A DNA stretch of 64,000 bases from Camelus ferus (lineage: Eukaryota): assembly GCF_009834535.1 (NCBI RefSeq), contig NC_045696.1, positions 116,748,001-116,812,000 of the forward strand, given 5' to 3'. A model generated the notes under the pieces. It had not been told where the DNA came from, ran no database searches, and was given only the letters and a program-made list of their open reading frames with translations. A program made the position numbers and the translations under genes. Shown here one piece after another: positions 13,738 to 27,800 of this stretch; within the stretch, counting starts at the first letter, position 1, and the number at the start of each line of letters is the position of its first letter.

Positions 13738-14831
13738 GCTTCTGCACAGCAGAGGAAACCATAAGTAAAACAAAAAGACAACCTACGGAATGGGAGAAAA
13801 TCTTTGCAAATGGAACCGACAAAGGCTTGATCTCCAGAATATATAAGCAGCTCATACGACTTAATAAGAAACAACCAAACAACCCAATCCAAAGATGGGC
13901 AAAAGACCTGAACACGCAATTCTCCAAGGAAGACATACAAATGATCAATAGGCACATGAAGAAATGCTCAATATCACTAATTATCAGAGAAATGCAGATC
14001 AAAACTACAATGAGGTATCACCTCACACCAGTCAGAATGGCCATCATTCAAAAATCCACAAATGACAAATGCTGGAGAGGCTGTGGAGAAAAGGGAACCC
14101 CCCTACACTGCTGGTGGGAATGCAGTTTGGTGCAGCCACTGTGGAAAACAGTATGGAGATTCCTCAAAAGACTAGGAATAGACTTACCGTATGATCCAGG
14201 AATCCTGCTCCTGGGCTTATATCCAGAAGGAACCCTACTTCAGGATGACACCTGCACCCCAATGTTCATAGCAGCACTATTTACAATAGCCAAAACATGG
14301 AAACAGCCTAAATGTCCATCAACGGATGACTGGATAAAGAAGAAGTGGTATATTTATACAATGGAATACTATTCGGCCATAAACATAACGCCAATGACAA
14401 CATAATGCCATTTGCAGCAACATGGATGCTCCTGGAGAATGTCATTCTAAGTGAAGTAAGCCAGAAAGAGAAAGAAAAATACCATATGAGATTGCTCATA
14501 TGTGGACTCTAAAAAAAAACAAAAACAAAAACAAAAACAAAAGCATAAATACAAAACAGAAATAGACTCATAGACATAGAATACAAACTTGTGGTTGCCA
14601 AGGGGGCAGAGGGTGGGAAGGGATAGATGGGATTTTAAAATTGTAGAATAGATAAACAAGATTATACTATATAGCACAGGGAAATATACACAAGATCTTA
14701 TGGTAGCTCATAGAGAAAAAAATGTGACAATGAATATATATATGTTCATGTATAACTGAAAAATTGTGCTCTACACTGGAATTTGACACAACATTGTAAA
14801 ATGATTATAAATCAATAAAAAAATTAAAAAA
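13738..14831 (+). mobile_element. 5'-truncated young LINE-1 (ORF2 C-terminus and 3'UTR)
   Basis: Open ORF2 C-terminal frame with the [18 protein letters not shown] motif, AATAAA and A tail. Perfect 16-bp TSD aatactgtgagctctt at 13722-13737 and 14832-14847. Confidence 0.96.
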
Positions 14832-16198
14832 AATACTGTGAGCTCTTATGACTAGTTCTCAACATTACACAAGTAATTAGTTAATTAGGAAATACTAAAA
14901 CCGAGGTGTCATTTCTCTTAGCCTACGGTCACTGCCACAATAATAGAGTTACTTCCCACAGACACAAATTTGGGAAGCTTTAATTAATAAATTTGAGTTA
15001 CTTAGATGCCATCTGCCGATCAAAACCAGTGGTTTCCTAAGTGTTGCTCCAGTCACCTATGTGCTTTAAAGCCATTAACAAATGAGCACTGGTTTTGGAC
15101 CAGCACAATTTGCAACATTTAACAAGTGACAAAGTGGCATTACCTGATTATTTCCCATATTATTTGGCTTTGTGGAGCATCATAGCTTCTACTTACAGTG
15201 AATAGCAGGGAATAATTTATCCCTTAACAATTTGATTCAGGACGACTTATATTCTAGTCAGTGGATCAATGGGAAATAAGCTCAATTATCGAACCTCTTC
15301 TTTAAACATCGAATTAGGAGGTTAAGCCTTGAGCATTTCCCAAAATTTCCATCAGGAGTAGAAGAAATGCGGGCAAATTAATACTATTAAATAGGTAGTC
15401 TGTGTTTGTTTGCAACATGCTTGTCATTCTGCTAGGCTGAAAGATGGACCAGCAAGGAGAGCCGCAATTGTATAAGCCATAATACTGGGTATAAAGTAGC
15501 CACCAGGGGGTCTGGCACATAGCAGCTCTTCTGAAAATGAGAATTCCTGGCCTCTGCTCCCTGGGCTGTTACGGCACTATATCAGCCAAGAGCCTGTTCC
15601 CACTGCTGCAGTCCCAGCATACTAACTCCAGCAACTCTGCCACAAGCACTGCCTTTCCAAGAAATTCTCCCAATCCCTGGCCCCATTTCTCACTGCTTCT
15701 GAACTCCCTAACTGATCTGGCACTTAGCATTGACTGCCTGGTGTTGTTAAAACTCTCTCCACATATTTCAGCTTCTCTCTTCCAAACTGATCGTCAACTC
15801 CTCGAGGGAAAGTTTGGCTTTATGCTGCCCTGGTTTCATGGTAGGCTGGGTGACTCATGGCTGGAAGACCCACATGTTCATTTCACATCTATGCAAGGAA
15901 GCTGGTGGAAACCATCCTCTACAATAAGGGTCAAAACTCAAAGTGATGTCTGGGACGGAGGCCACTAAGAGAACATGATAAAACAAGCTTTTGAGGGAAG
16001 ACGGTGGGGCAGAAAATACTAACAGAACTCTGTTTTAAGAATATTTGCTTGATCTGAGTAGATACCCATATCTCCATTTCACTTGGGTTCAAACCTTGCC
16101 TCTTTACTTACTGGTTATATGGCATTGAGAATGTCACTCTCTTTTCCCCAGCTTTAGATCTGTCATCTGAAAAATGTGGGTAATAATAGCACCAATCC

Positions 16199-16695
16199 TG
16201 TATCAGTTAGGAGGTTCAGAGAAGAGAAATTAAATATTTCAGCAGGGGGAGCTTGCCTTGGCCTTGGAGGGATGAAGGATCAAAAAGAGGTGAGATGACT
16301 ATAATAACCGCAGGAAGCAGCTTCTGCCCTTGGAGCTGGATGAACAGAGGGAAGACGTGGGGTTATCGGAACCCCTGAGCCCAGGGGAGAAGCTGTGGGG
16401 AGCCACAAGAGCCAGAGCTCTGACTTTGGATGTGGGGGCCCTCCCGACAGAGGCAGGGATCTCTGAGGAGGCCCAGTGAGGCTGGTTCTGAAGGTAACCG
16501 AAGGGGCTGAAGTCAGGAACCACCTGCAGCTGTCTGCGGTGGCCACCACTGACCACACAGTGCGCAGGTCAGGGGCCGTAAGTTCCAGCCTCCCTCTGGC
16601 GCCCCTATTGGTAGAAGTAACTGATGTCAGTGGGCAAAGAAGGAGGAGATATGCAGAGTCCACACCCAGCATTACAAAGCAGAGGACAGAAGGTG
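16199..16695. mobile_element. Probable ancient LTR fragment
   Basis: An abrupt GC- and purine-rich block starting tgtatcagttagg. It interrupts a MIR (tcatctgaaaaatgtgggtaataatagcacc) that appears to resume near 16800. Confidence 0.4.
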
Positions 16696-17200
16696 GGTTT
16701 GAAGCTCAGAGATAATATATAATCACTTGTCTGTTCATTAAATGGGATAATAAATGGTTCCAAACCCACAGATTTGCCTTCAGAATTGCTTAAGGTATTG
16801 TACTGAAGCACTCAGCACAGACAATGGAACATAAAAGCTATTAATAAAGGTTAAATGTTTACCATTATTGTACTGGTGTTTGTTTTTGTCTTTATCTATC
16901 AAACATCCTTAATTGATTTTCTATGTTAGTATTAATAAGATTTGATAACCCTGACCTGTTTGGAGCTATAAAATGGCATTTCAAATGGATACTTGAGATT
17001 CAGACTCTCGTAACTCACCAACACTAAAGGTAAATAGCATGTTAGGAAAACAAAGTGCCCGCCCTTTCAAAATCGACCATCAGGTAAACAGTTATTTCCT
17101 CATCCGTCAGAATGTGGAATTCTCTGCCGTCACAGACATTCGCTGCTAATCTACATGGATATCAGAATGTTGGTCACAGATTTCCTCATTAGCGCTTTTA

Positions 17201-17599
<399 letters not shown>

Positions 17600-18438
17600 T
17601 CAGGAGAAAGAAGAAAGTTAAAAGGAAATTAAAGGCAAGGAATTAGATCCCATGACTCTAAAAGCAAAAGCATCACTTTTATGCAACTGTTTTCTTATCA
17701 TACGCGCAGCAGAGAAATACGCTTTCAAGACCGGACTGGTAGTCAAAGCTGAACATGTTACCCTAAAGCAAGAAACTACCTGCAGAGCTAGAAACCGGGA
17801 TTTCAGTAGCCATTAAGCTCATTTCTCAATTGGAATTTTAAGAAACAAAGGGGTTGGCAGGTATTTTCAACTCTACACGATGACAAACAGCAACCAAGAC
17901 AAGAATCTAGACTTCAGACAGGTAAGAAGGGCTTTATTTCAATCCGGTACAACCTTTCCCTATTTCACTCACTTGCACTGGTATCAGTTGCTTTGTAGGT
18001 GTTAACTCACGGTTTCTTCAGGAAGCTTTCTCTGCGGCCTTATTCTGCTATTTGGGGGTGGTGGGGGGAAAAGCACAACTAAGAGGTACCTGTAACAGAA
18101 CTGGATGCCCCCCTGCAACTGTTTCATCATCCTGGTGTATGTGTGTGTCAAAACGTATCAGATAAAATGTTTTAAATACACTCATTTTATTGTATGTCAA
18201 TTATACTGTCATAAAGCTATAAAAACTATGCCAATAAAGAGGGGAAATAACAAGTATAATATAATAGGATGGAAACACAACCCAAAGGCCACTTTAAAAT
18301 TGTTTATTGGAAATATTTTCCCTCTAAAATTTTGTATTTAAAAATTCTCTCTCTGTGTGTGTAACAAAACCTATGACAACGCAGCTCAACCCATAAGACT
18401 TTTGCTAAGGAATGTTGTTCACTGACCACTATTTTCTT

Positions 18439-18542
18439 GCTGAGTAAGTTATTTGGGGCGGGGGATAATTTGGTAATTATTTACTTTTAAAGGGGGTTTT
18501 GAACCCAGGGCTCTGTGCATGCTAAGCTATACCTTCCCCAGC
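18439..18542 (-). mobile_element. Internally deleted tRNA-Ala-derived SINE (Vic-1-like)
   Basis: tgaacccagggctctgtgcatgctaagctatacc; 17-bp TSD ctgaccacta(t/c)tttctt at 18422-18438 and 18543-18559. Confidence 0.85.
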
Positions 18543-18761
18543 CTGACCACTACTTTCTTATTAACACTTTACTTAATGGCTGTCCAAGAAGAGGGAAAGT
18601 TATTACCTTTTTAAAGTAGTAAAAGTGCTGTCATTATTAAAGTTACAGATTATGAAACTGCGCTAGATGATTAAAATGCAAATTTGAAACAACTGGGTTC
18701 CTTGAGGTCAAGAAGAAAGGCTGAGTGGCAAGTCCTGTGCCTTATTTATCCTGTCTCTAGA

Positions 18762-19132
18762 GAAGTGTTTCTCAACCATTAGCTCACCTCCGAAACACCC
18801 AAAGGCCTCGTTAGAGACAGCCAGGTCTGATCCCTGGAGCTTCTGGTACAGTGCACGGGAGGGCTGAGGGGTAAGGGCTGAGAACCCGCCTTTAAGAGAG
18901 GTTCCCACAGGATGCTCACACTACAGATTCAGGGCACCGCGCTTTGAAAAGTCACTGCTCCAGAACAAGGGGTCCTCAATGCTGGCGGCAGCTGGGAAGG
19001 CTTTTTTAAAAATACACTGCCCCAGGGCCACCTCCAGTACTGAATCAAAACTTCTGGTTCCGAGCTCAGGTACTGGTATTTTTAAAAAGTTCCCCAGTAG
19101 AATCTAATGCTAAGAGAGAGCTTAGAAGCACT
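18762..19132. mobile_element. Two tandem MER5-type hAT-Charlie MITEs
   Basis: ctctagag|aagtgtttctcaa...tttgaaaagtcactg|ctccagaa, then ...actgaatcaaaacttctgg...tatttttaaaaagttcccca...agaagcacta. Confidence 0.7.
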
Positions 19133-19941
19133 ATTCCGGAACTTAACAAAGCCCCTAACAATAGTAGGGTTTAATAAATGCTATCTTAAAAAATGAATGA
19201 ATTAATGAACGTGTAAATGGTTCCTGCCCTCTGCGGTAGTATGAGATAATACGCCAACACTGGTGCAACACAGCACCACATGTGCGTTTATAAATTTGTA
19301 CTAGATTTATGAACAAAGTGTAGTGAATGTATTTTTTGATGATAGAGAATCGTAACAGTGTGAAAGTTACACGCTAGGAAAGGTGATGCCACTAGTAAGC
19401 TATGCCCATTTATTCTGTTTGCAAAGGCTTTGTGAAGGGCTAAACTCCACATTCAAACACAGATTTCAATCTGGACTCTTCCATTGCAGGCTGTGGGAAT
19501 GACTAATTTCCTCTTTCCTTTTCTCATCAAAACAGGGATACTCTCTAACTGGTATGGTTGCAGTGGGATTAAATGAGATGTCACGTGAAGAAAATGCCAA
19601 CTCTGTGACTGATTGGTTCAGTGGCTGATATCTCTTCTCTCTCACTTTCTTATGTTGCTTAAATTGGAACAAAGAAAAGTATAAAATTCAGAGTGAGGGA
19701 AAATATGAGATCGGGAGTGAATTATAATGGAAAAGGAAGGTGGCGACCAAGTGTATTCAATAGAACCCAGGGCTGGCATATGACAGAACTGAGAGAAACT
19801 AAGAAACTAAGAGAAATTTTCATCTAAGAGAAACAAAAGGGAGAAAATCCAGGGGATGGCAGTTCTTAAAACTTGGGACTTCCATACCCATTTGTGAATG
19901 TGAAGAAAGACATGCTCCTTTTCCCAGGACAAAGCATACAT

Positions 19942-19943
<2 letters not shown>

Positions 19944-19991
<48 letters not shown>
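19944..19991. repeat. (AC)24 microsatellite
   Basis: Perfect run read directly. Confidence 0.97.
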
Positions 19992-19993
<2 letters not shown>

Positions 19994-21889
19994 TTTCAGG
20001 CACATTTTCAGCTGGTCCAAGGGCCCAGATTAAAGAGCTCTGCACTAGAGTTTTAAGTGAGGGAAAGGAGGAGGCGAGAAAGCATGATTTGGTAAAACCT
20101 GGTTTAATCCTGTATGGAAGAAGATTTAGAAATAAAGACAATTTATCTCAGATTAATTAAAGAGATACCACAAAAGCGAACTGAATGTGCATTTAAAAAA
20201 ATACTACTGGCGTATTTATATGCACTGTAGGAAGAGAATCAAGACAGGTAAAATCAGGGAGCAAAGATGACAGCTGAACACATCATTATACGCAGGATGT
20301 TGACTTCTCTAGAGCAGTGCTCTTGTAAGCATTTGACCCGAGCCTTGTCAAGTGTGGTCAACCACAAGGAGTTGAGTAGCTGGTGGATGGGTAGTTCTCA
20401 TGTGTCTTCCAAGTAGTGCTCTGAAAGGGATGTCATATTTCTGCTCAGAAAAGAAGTGACTAGAGAGAACTGTCTCTTTGTTCCATGTTGATCATTCCTG
20501 CTAATTATTGGGAAGTCTGAGCAGCTGAGAAATGTCATTTTGCCCAGAGAGTAAATATTGCATGACCTAATTTTTGTTTTAGTTGATGCCTAGAGGAATG
20601 AAACCACCACCACCACACACAATAAAGCCACTGCTCCCTCTCAGCTGGATCAGTTATACAATCAGGTCATGAAAAAAAAAAAAAATCTACTGATCTTGAA
20701 GTGTTCATTTACTTACAGAAACCAAAGTTTTCTCATAAAAAAATTAAAACCAAACAAACCTAGATGATATATTTATTAACTGGAATAAAAGTGAAACATT
20801 AAAGAATTCCCCAAATCATATCAGTTTTCATTTAATTTGACTTCCTTAATCAAAGAAGATGAAAGTTTACGATAGGATACACCGGTTATATTAGATTACA
20901 TTCTCACTCAATTCCTGCTCACTTACATTTGTGTGAAACTGTCTCAGAAGTGATTCGGGGAGCAAAACACAGACAAACAACAGAACTGCTTCTGTTGATA
21001 TCTCTTTTCTGTCTAGCCAACTGTTCTGTCTACTTTCAGAAACATCTTGTTTTTTAAGAAGGGTTGCTACTAAACTGTGTTACAGCTGATGGAACAGAAG
21101 CAATAATGGTGAGAAAACCTGGTAACACGGAAAGGAGGTAACGCCCACAAACCCGGGGATTGGCTCTGTGGGCTAAATAAAACTTTTTCACAGAACAGCT
21201 TGTCTGCAAGGAGAGCACATGTTCTACTGTAACAAGACAACATGTCACTGGACTGTACAGAAGCAGCAATTTAACCAATTTGGAAGCCAATCTTTTTTTA
21301 ATCCAGAGAAACTCTTCTCTAAAGGAAGGGATGTCCTAGAACAGTCTGTCTGCTTCTGCTCAATTTTCTTTTACCTAAATAACATTTTGAAGGAAAAAAC
21401 ATACACAAAATAAAGTAGAATCTAAACATGTGAACACACTGCCATCTGATAAAAGCAAAAGATATCATAAAATAATCCTGTCATTGCCAAAATAGATTAG
21501 ATGAATAAAATAGAATAGATTTGTGAAATAAATATCAATTTCAAAGATAGAATGACTCTTAATGACCACTCCCAGAAGAGTCTATAATTAAGCATGATAA
21601 TTCAATCCATGTATTTTTCATTGCATACTTACCCTGGGCCCAGTATTTTGTTCAATTATATACTTTTAACTCTAAGCAGGAGTTTCTTGTTATTTTACTC
21701 TTTGGGTTTCTGCCAATAATATACTTACTTTTATTGTGCGTATGTGTGCATTCACAGTTTACACAGGTGTGACCTGCTTTGCACAACAGATGTGTTCCTG
21801 AGAAGTTTATATTAGAATTTGGTAAAATAACAGATATTTTAGCTTTAATGAAAGGAATAGAAGCATGTTACTTAAGGAAAGCCTATAGG

Positions 21890-24800
21890 AGGGTGTGGCC
21901 AAATGGCAGAGTAGGGTCACTTCCTCACATGGGCACACCCAAATTACAAATATTTACAGAGCAACTGTGATGAGAAAGACCAGAAGAGCTGCCAGAAAAG
22001 ATCTTCTAAGACTAAAGATATAAAGAAGCAACCAGTGAGATGGGTAGGAAGGGTGGAGACAGGGTATATAGTCAAGACTTAGACCCACAGTGGGAAACCT
22101 ACAAATGAGTGGGTAATTACAACTACAGAGGTTCCCCCAGGGAGTGAGGGCTCCCCAGCCTGGGGGTCCTGCATCGGGGAGATGAGCCCCCAGAACACCT
22201 GGCTTTGAAGGCTAGCATGGCTTACTTCAAGGCTGAGAGAAAGAGAAATTGTATTCTTAAAGGGTACACAGAAAAATCTCACACGCTGTGGTGCCCAGGG
22301 GAGAAGCGGTCATTTGAAAGGAGCCTGGGTCAGACCTACCTGCTGACCTTGGAGAGCATCCCAGAGAGATAAGAGGCAATGGAGCTCACCCTGAGGACAC
22401 GGACATTGGTGGCAACATTTTGGGGAACTTATTGTACCATGTGGACATTGGTGCTGGCAAAGCACCATTTTGGAATCTTCCCTCTCGCTTATTAGTGTTG
22501 GGAACTGGCCCCAACCACCAGTCTGTCAGCACTAGTACTGAGACACCTCAGAGCAAGCAACTAACCTGGTTGGGACACAGTCCCACCCATCAGCAGGGTG
22601 GCTGTCTTAAGACCCCTTGAGCCTGCAGCAGCTCCAGGACATGGCCTCACCTACCATGGCCAACAGCCTCCACACAAGGCAGGGCCTTGCAACCAACCTA
22701 ACCAGGGGCCAGCCACACCTACTGGATCACCCACAGTAGTCAGCCTCCAAGAAGAGAAGGACCCACACAGGGGCATCCCAAGAGCATACAGATCTCGTGG
22801 CCAGAGGGGAGTGTGCTTCTGGGATGCACAGGACATTTCTGCAAGAGGGCACTTCTCGAAGGTCAGGAAAACTAATCAATCCACCAAACACATAGGAAAA
22901 AAAAAAAACCCTAGCAGATCAGGCAAAATAAGGCAAAAGAATAACATGCTCCAAATGAAGGAACAAGATAAAACACCAGAAGAGCTAAGTGGAGAGAAGC
23001 AATCTACCTGATAAAGAGTTCAAGGTAATTATTGTAAAGGTGTTTAAAGAACTCAGGAGAAGATTAGATGGACAGAATGAGAAGTTAGAAATTTATAACA
23101 AAGAGTGAGAAAATATAAAGAAGAACCAAACAGATGAAGAATATCATAACTGAAATAAAAAATACTCTAGAAGGAATCAATAGCAGATTAAATGATACAG
23201 AGGAATGGATCAGTGAGCTGGAAGACAAAAGTAGTGAAAATCACTGAAGCAGAACAGAAAAAAGGAAAAAGAAAAAGAAATGAGGATACTTTAAGAGACA
23301 TCTGGGACAACATCAAGGACACTAACATTTGAATTATAGGGGTCCCAGAAGGAGAAGAGAGTAAGAGGCAGAAAACATATTTGAAGTCATAACAGCTGAA
23401 AATTTCCCTAAATCACAAAAGGAAACAGAAATCCAGTTCCAGGAAGAATAGAGTCCCAAACAGGACCAACCCAAAGAGGACCATCCCAGGACACATTGCA
23501 ATTAAGATGGCAAATAATAAAGATAAAGAGGGAATGTTAAAAGCAGCAAATAAAAAGCGACAGTTACATACAAGGGAACTCCCATGAGGCAAACAGCTGA
23601 CTTTCCAACAGAAACTTCAGGCTAGAAGGGAGTGGCATGATATGTTTAACGTGATAAAAGGGGAAAATCTACAACCAAAAGTACTCTACCTGGCAAGGTT
23701 TTCATTCAGATTTGATGGAGAAATAAAGAGAGTTTTACAGACAAGCAAAAGCTAAAAGAATTCAGCACCACCAAACCAGCTTTACAAGAAATGTTAAAGG
23801 GACTGTAACAAGAGACAAAGAAGGACACTGCATATGATCAAGGAATCAATGCAAGAAGATATAACAATTGTAAATGTATGTGCATCCAACATAGGAGCAC
23901 CTAAATATATAAAGCGTATATTAACAGACATAAAAGAAAAAATTGGCAGTAACACACTAACAGTAGAAGACTTTAAACATTCAACTTACATCAATGGATA
24001 GATCATTCAGACAGAAAATCAGTAAGAAAACATTGGCCTCAAATGACACATTAGATCAGATGCAATTAATATGTATATATAGAACATTCCATCTCAAATT
24101 AGCGGAATATGCATTCTTTTTATGTGCACATGGACCATTCTTCACAATAGATTACATGCTAGGCCAAAAAACAAGTCTCAGTAAATTTAAGAAAATTGAA
24201 ACCATATCAAGCATCTTTTCTGACCAAAGAACTATGAAACTAAAAATCAACTTCAAGAAAAAATTGCAAAAAACATAAACACCTGGAGCCTATACAATAT
24301 ACTATTACACAATGGATCACTGCAGAAGTCAAAAAACACCTGGAGACAAATGAAAATGAAAACACAATAATCCAAGATCTATGGGATGCAGCAAAAACAG
24401 TTCTAAGAGGGAAATTTACAGTAATACAAGCCTATCTCAGGAACAAGAAAATCTCAGATAAACAATCTAATTTTACAACTATAGGAATAAGAAAAAAAAA
24501 ACCCAAACAACAAAACCCAAAGTTAGAAGAAGAAAAGAAATAATAAAGATTAGAGCAGAAATAAATGAAATAAACACATAAAAACTGACAGAAAAGATAA
24601 ATGAAAATAGGATTTGGTCTTTGAAAAGATTTTAAAAAATGGATAAACCTTTAGCTAGATGTACCAAGAAAAAATTACAGAGGGTCCAAATTAGAAATGA
24701 AAGAAGGGAAATTACAACTGACACCACAGAAATATGAATGATCGTAAGAGATTACTATGAACAATTACATACCAATAAAATGGACAACCTAGATGAAATG

Positions 24801-27800
24801 GACAAATACCTAGAAATGTACAATCTCCCAAGACTGAACTAGGAAGAAATAAAAAATATGAACAGATCAACTACAAGTAATGAAACTGAATCAGTAATTT
24901 AAAAACTCCCAACAAACAAAAGTCCAGGACCAGATGTCTTCACAGGTGAACTCTACCAAACCTTTAGAGAAGAGTATCCATCTATCTTTCTCAAGCTATT
25001 CCAAAAAAAAAAAAAAAAAAAAAAAAAACTGCAGAAGAAGGAACACTTCTAAACCCACTCTACAATGCCAGCATTATCTTGATAACAAATTAGACAAAGA
25101 TATCACACAAAAAAGAAAATTACAGGCCAATGTCACTGATGAACACAGATGCAAAATTCCTCAACGAAATATTAGCAAACAGAATTTAACAACGCATTAT
25201 GAGGACCATACACCATGATCAAGTGGGATTTATTCCAGGGATGCAAGGATGATTTCATATCTGCAAATCAACCAATATGATACATCAGATTAACAAACTA
25301 AAGAAAAAATCATATGATCATCTCAATAGATGGAGAGAAAGCTTTTGACAAAAATCAACATCCATTTATGATAAAAATCTCTCAACAAAGTGGGTATAGG
25401 GAATATATCTCTACAGAATTAAGGCCATATATGACAAGCCCACAGCTAATGTCACACTCAATAGTGAAAAGCTGAAAGCATTTCTTCTAAGTTCAGGAAC
25501 AAGACAAAGATGCCCACCCTTGCCACTTTTATTTAACATAGTATTGGAACTCCTAGCCACAGCAATCACACAAGAAAAAATTTAAAGGCATCCAAATTGG
25601 AGAGGAATAAGTAAAACTCTTTGTTTGCAGATGACATGATACTATACAGAGAAAGTCCTAAAGACACAACCAAAAAACTATTAGAACTAATAAATGAATT
25701 CAGTAAAGTTTCAGGATACAAAATTAATACACAGAAGTGTGTTGCACTTCTAAAGACTAACAACAAGCTATCAGAAATAGAAATCAAGAAAACAATCCCA
25801 TCTGCAATTGCATCAAAAAGGATAAAATCCAAGGCATACATCTAAGGAAGTAAAAGAACTGTGTACAGAAAACTATGAGCTCCTGATTAAAGAAAATAAA
25901 AACAATGCAAACAGATGGAAAGACATATTGTGTTTATGGATTGGAAGAATTAACATTGTTAAAATGACCATTTTACCCAAAGCAATCTACAGAGTCAATG
26001 CAATCCCTACCAAAATACCAACGGCATATATTTTTTTTAACAGAACTAGAACAATTAATTCTAAAATTTATATGGAAACACAAAAGACCCTGAATAGCCA
26101 AAACCACCTTGAGAAAAAAGACCAAAGCTGGGGGTATTATGCTCCCTGATTTCAAACTATATTTCAAAGCTATACTAATCAAAACAGTATGGTGCTGGCA
26201 CACAAACAGACACATAGATCAATGGAACAGAATAGAGAGCCCAGAAATGAACCCACAGTTATGTGTACAACTAATCTATGCCAAAGGGGTCAAGAATATA
26301 CAATGGGGAAAAGAGAGCCTCATCAATGAATAGTGTTGGGAAAACTGGACAACTACATTTAAAAGAGTCAAAGGACTACTTTTTCACATCACACATAAAA
26401 ATGAATTCAAAATGGATTAAATGTAAGACCTGAAACCATAAGTCTCCTAAAAGGAAATATTGGCAGCAAGCTTTTTGACTTCAGCCTCAGTAATAGTTTT
26501 TTTGGGCCAATCTCCTCAGGCAAGGGAAACAAAAGAAAAAATAAACAAATGCGACTACATCAAACTAAAGAGATCTTGCAGAGTGAAGGAAACTGTCAAC
26601 AAAATGAAAAGGCCACCTACTGAATGGGAGAAGATACTTGCAAATGATATGTCTGAGAAGTGGTTAATATTCAAAATATACAAAGAACTCATATGACTCA
26701 ACATCAAAAAAAAAAAAAACCAAATTAAAAAACAGGCAGAAGATGTCAATAGCTATTTCTTAAAAAAAAGACATACAGATGGCCAAAAGGCACATAAAAC
26801 AGTGCTCAGTGCCATTAATCATCAGGAAAATGCAAATCAAAACCACAGTGGGATATCACTTCACACCTGTCACAATAGCTGTCATAGAGAAGACAAGAAA
26901 CAAGAAGTGTTGGTGAGGATGTGGACAGAAGGGAACCCTTGTGGTGGTAATGTAAATTGGTGCAGCCACTATGGAACACAGTATGGAGGTTCCTCAAAAA
27001 ATTAAAAATAGAACTAGCATATGATCCAGCAATTCCACCCTGGCTATTTATCTGAAGAAAACAAAAAAAATAATTCAAAAAGATACATGTACTCCAATGC
27101 TCATAGCAGCATAATTATTAACTAGAACCAAGATATGGAAACAACCTAAGTGCCCATTAATAGGTGAATGGATAAGGAATATGCAGTGTCGAAGTATTAC
27201 TCAGCCATAAAAAATGAACTTTTGCCACATGTGACAAACTTGATGAACTCAGAGGGTATTATGCTAAGTGAAGTAAGTCAGTAAAACAAAAACATATACT
27301 ATATGATTTCACTTATAAGTGGAATCTAAAAATTGAGACAAATCAATAAACATACCAAAACAGAAACAGAGTTATATATGCAGAGAACAGGTGGTTGCCA
27401 GAGGGAAGAGAGGTGAGGGGAAGAAATATGTGAGGGAGATTAAGCACAAACTTCCCACTGCAAAATAAATGAGTCACAGGTATGAAATGTACAGTGTGGG
27501 GAATACAGTCAGTAACTGTATAATATCTTGTATGGGGACAGACCGTAACTAGCCTTATTATAGAGATCATTTTGAAATGTATAGAAATATTGAATGAGTA
27601 TGTTGTGTAACAGGAACTAAGTGTTGTAGGTCAATTATACTTCTAAAACATACAAACTCATAGGAAGAGATCAGATTTGTGGTTACCAGAGGCAGGGTAG
27701 GTGGAATTGGTACAGGCAATCAAAAGTTACAAACTTCCAGTTATAAGGTAAGTAAGTCCTAGGGATGTAAGGTACAACATGACAGACATAATTAACACTG

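Noticed and set aside
13707..14405. 232-aa ORF as a host gene or domesticated protein
   Set aside because: It is the L1 ORF2 C-terminus inside a TSD. The ATG comes by chance from flanking MIR sequence, and the frame is broken near the end by a small duplication (acataa(c/t)gcca).
19224..19237. CTCF-like ctgccctctgcggt
   Set aside because: It lacks the terminal TGG and sits in an L2-like context (atggttcctgccctc).
23761..23781. RE1 left half-site ttcagcacc
   Set aside because: It is part of L1 ORF1 coding sequence and has no GGACAG right half.
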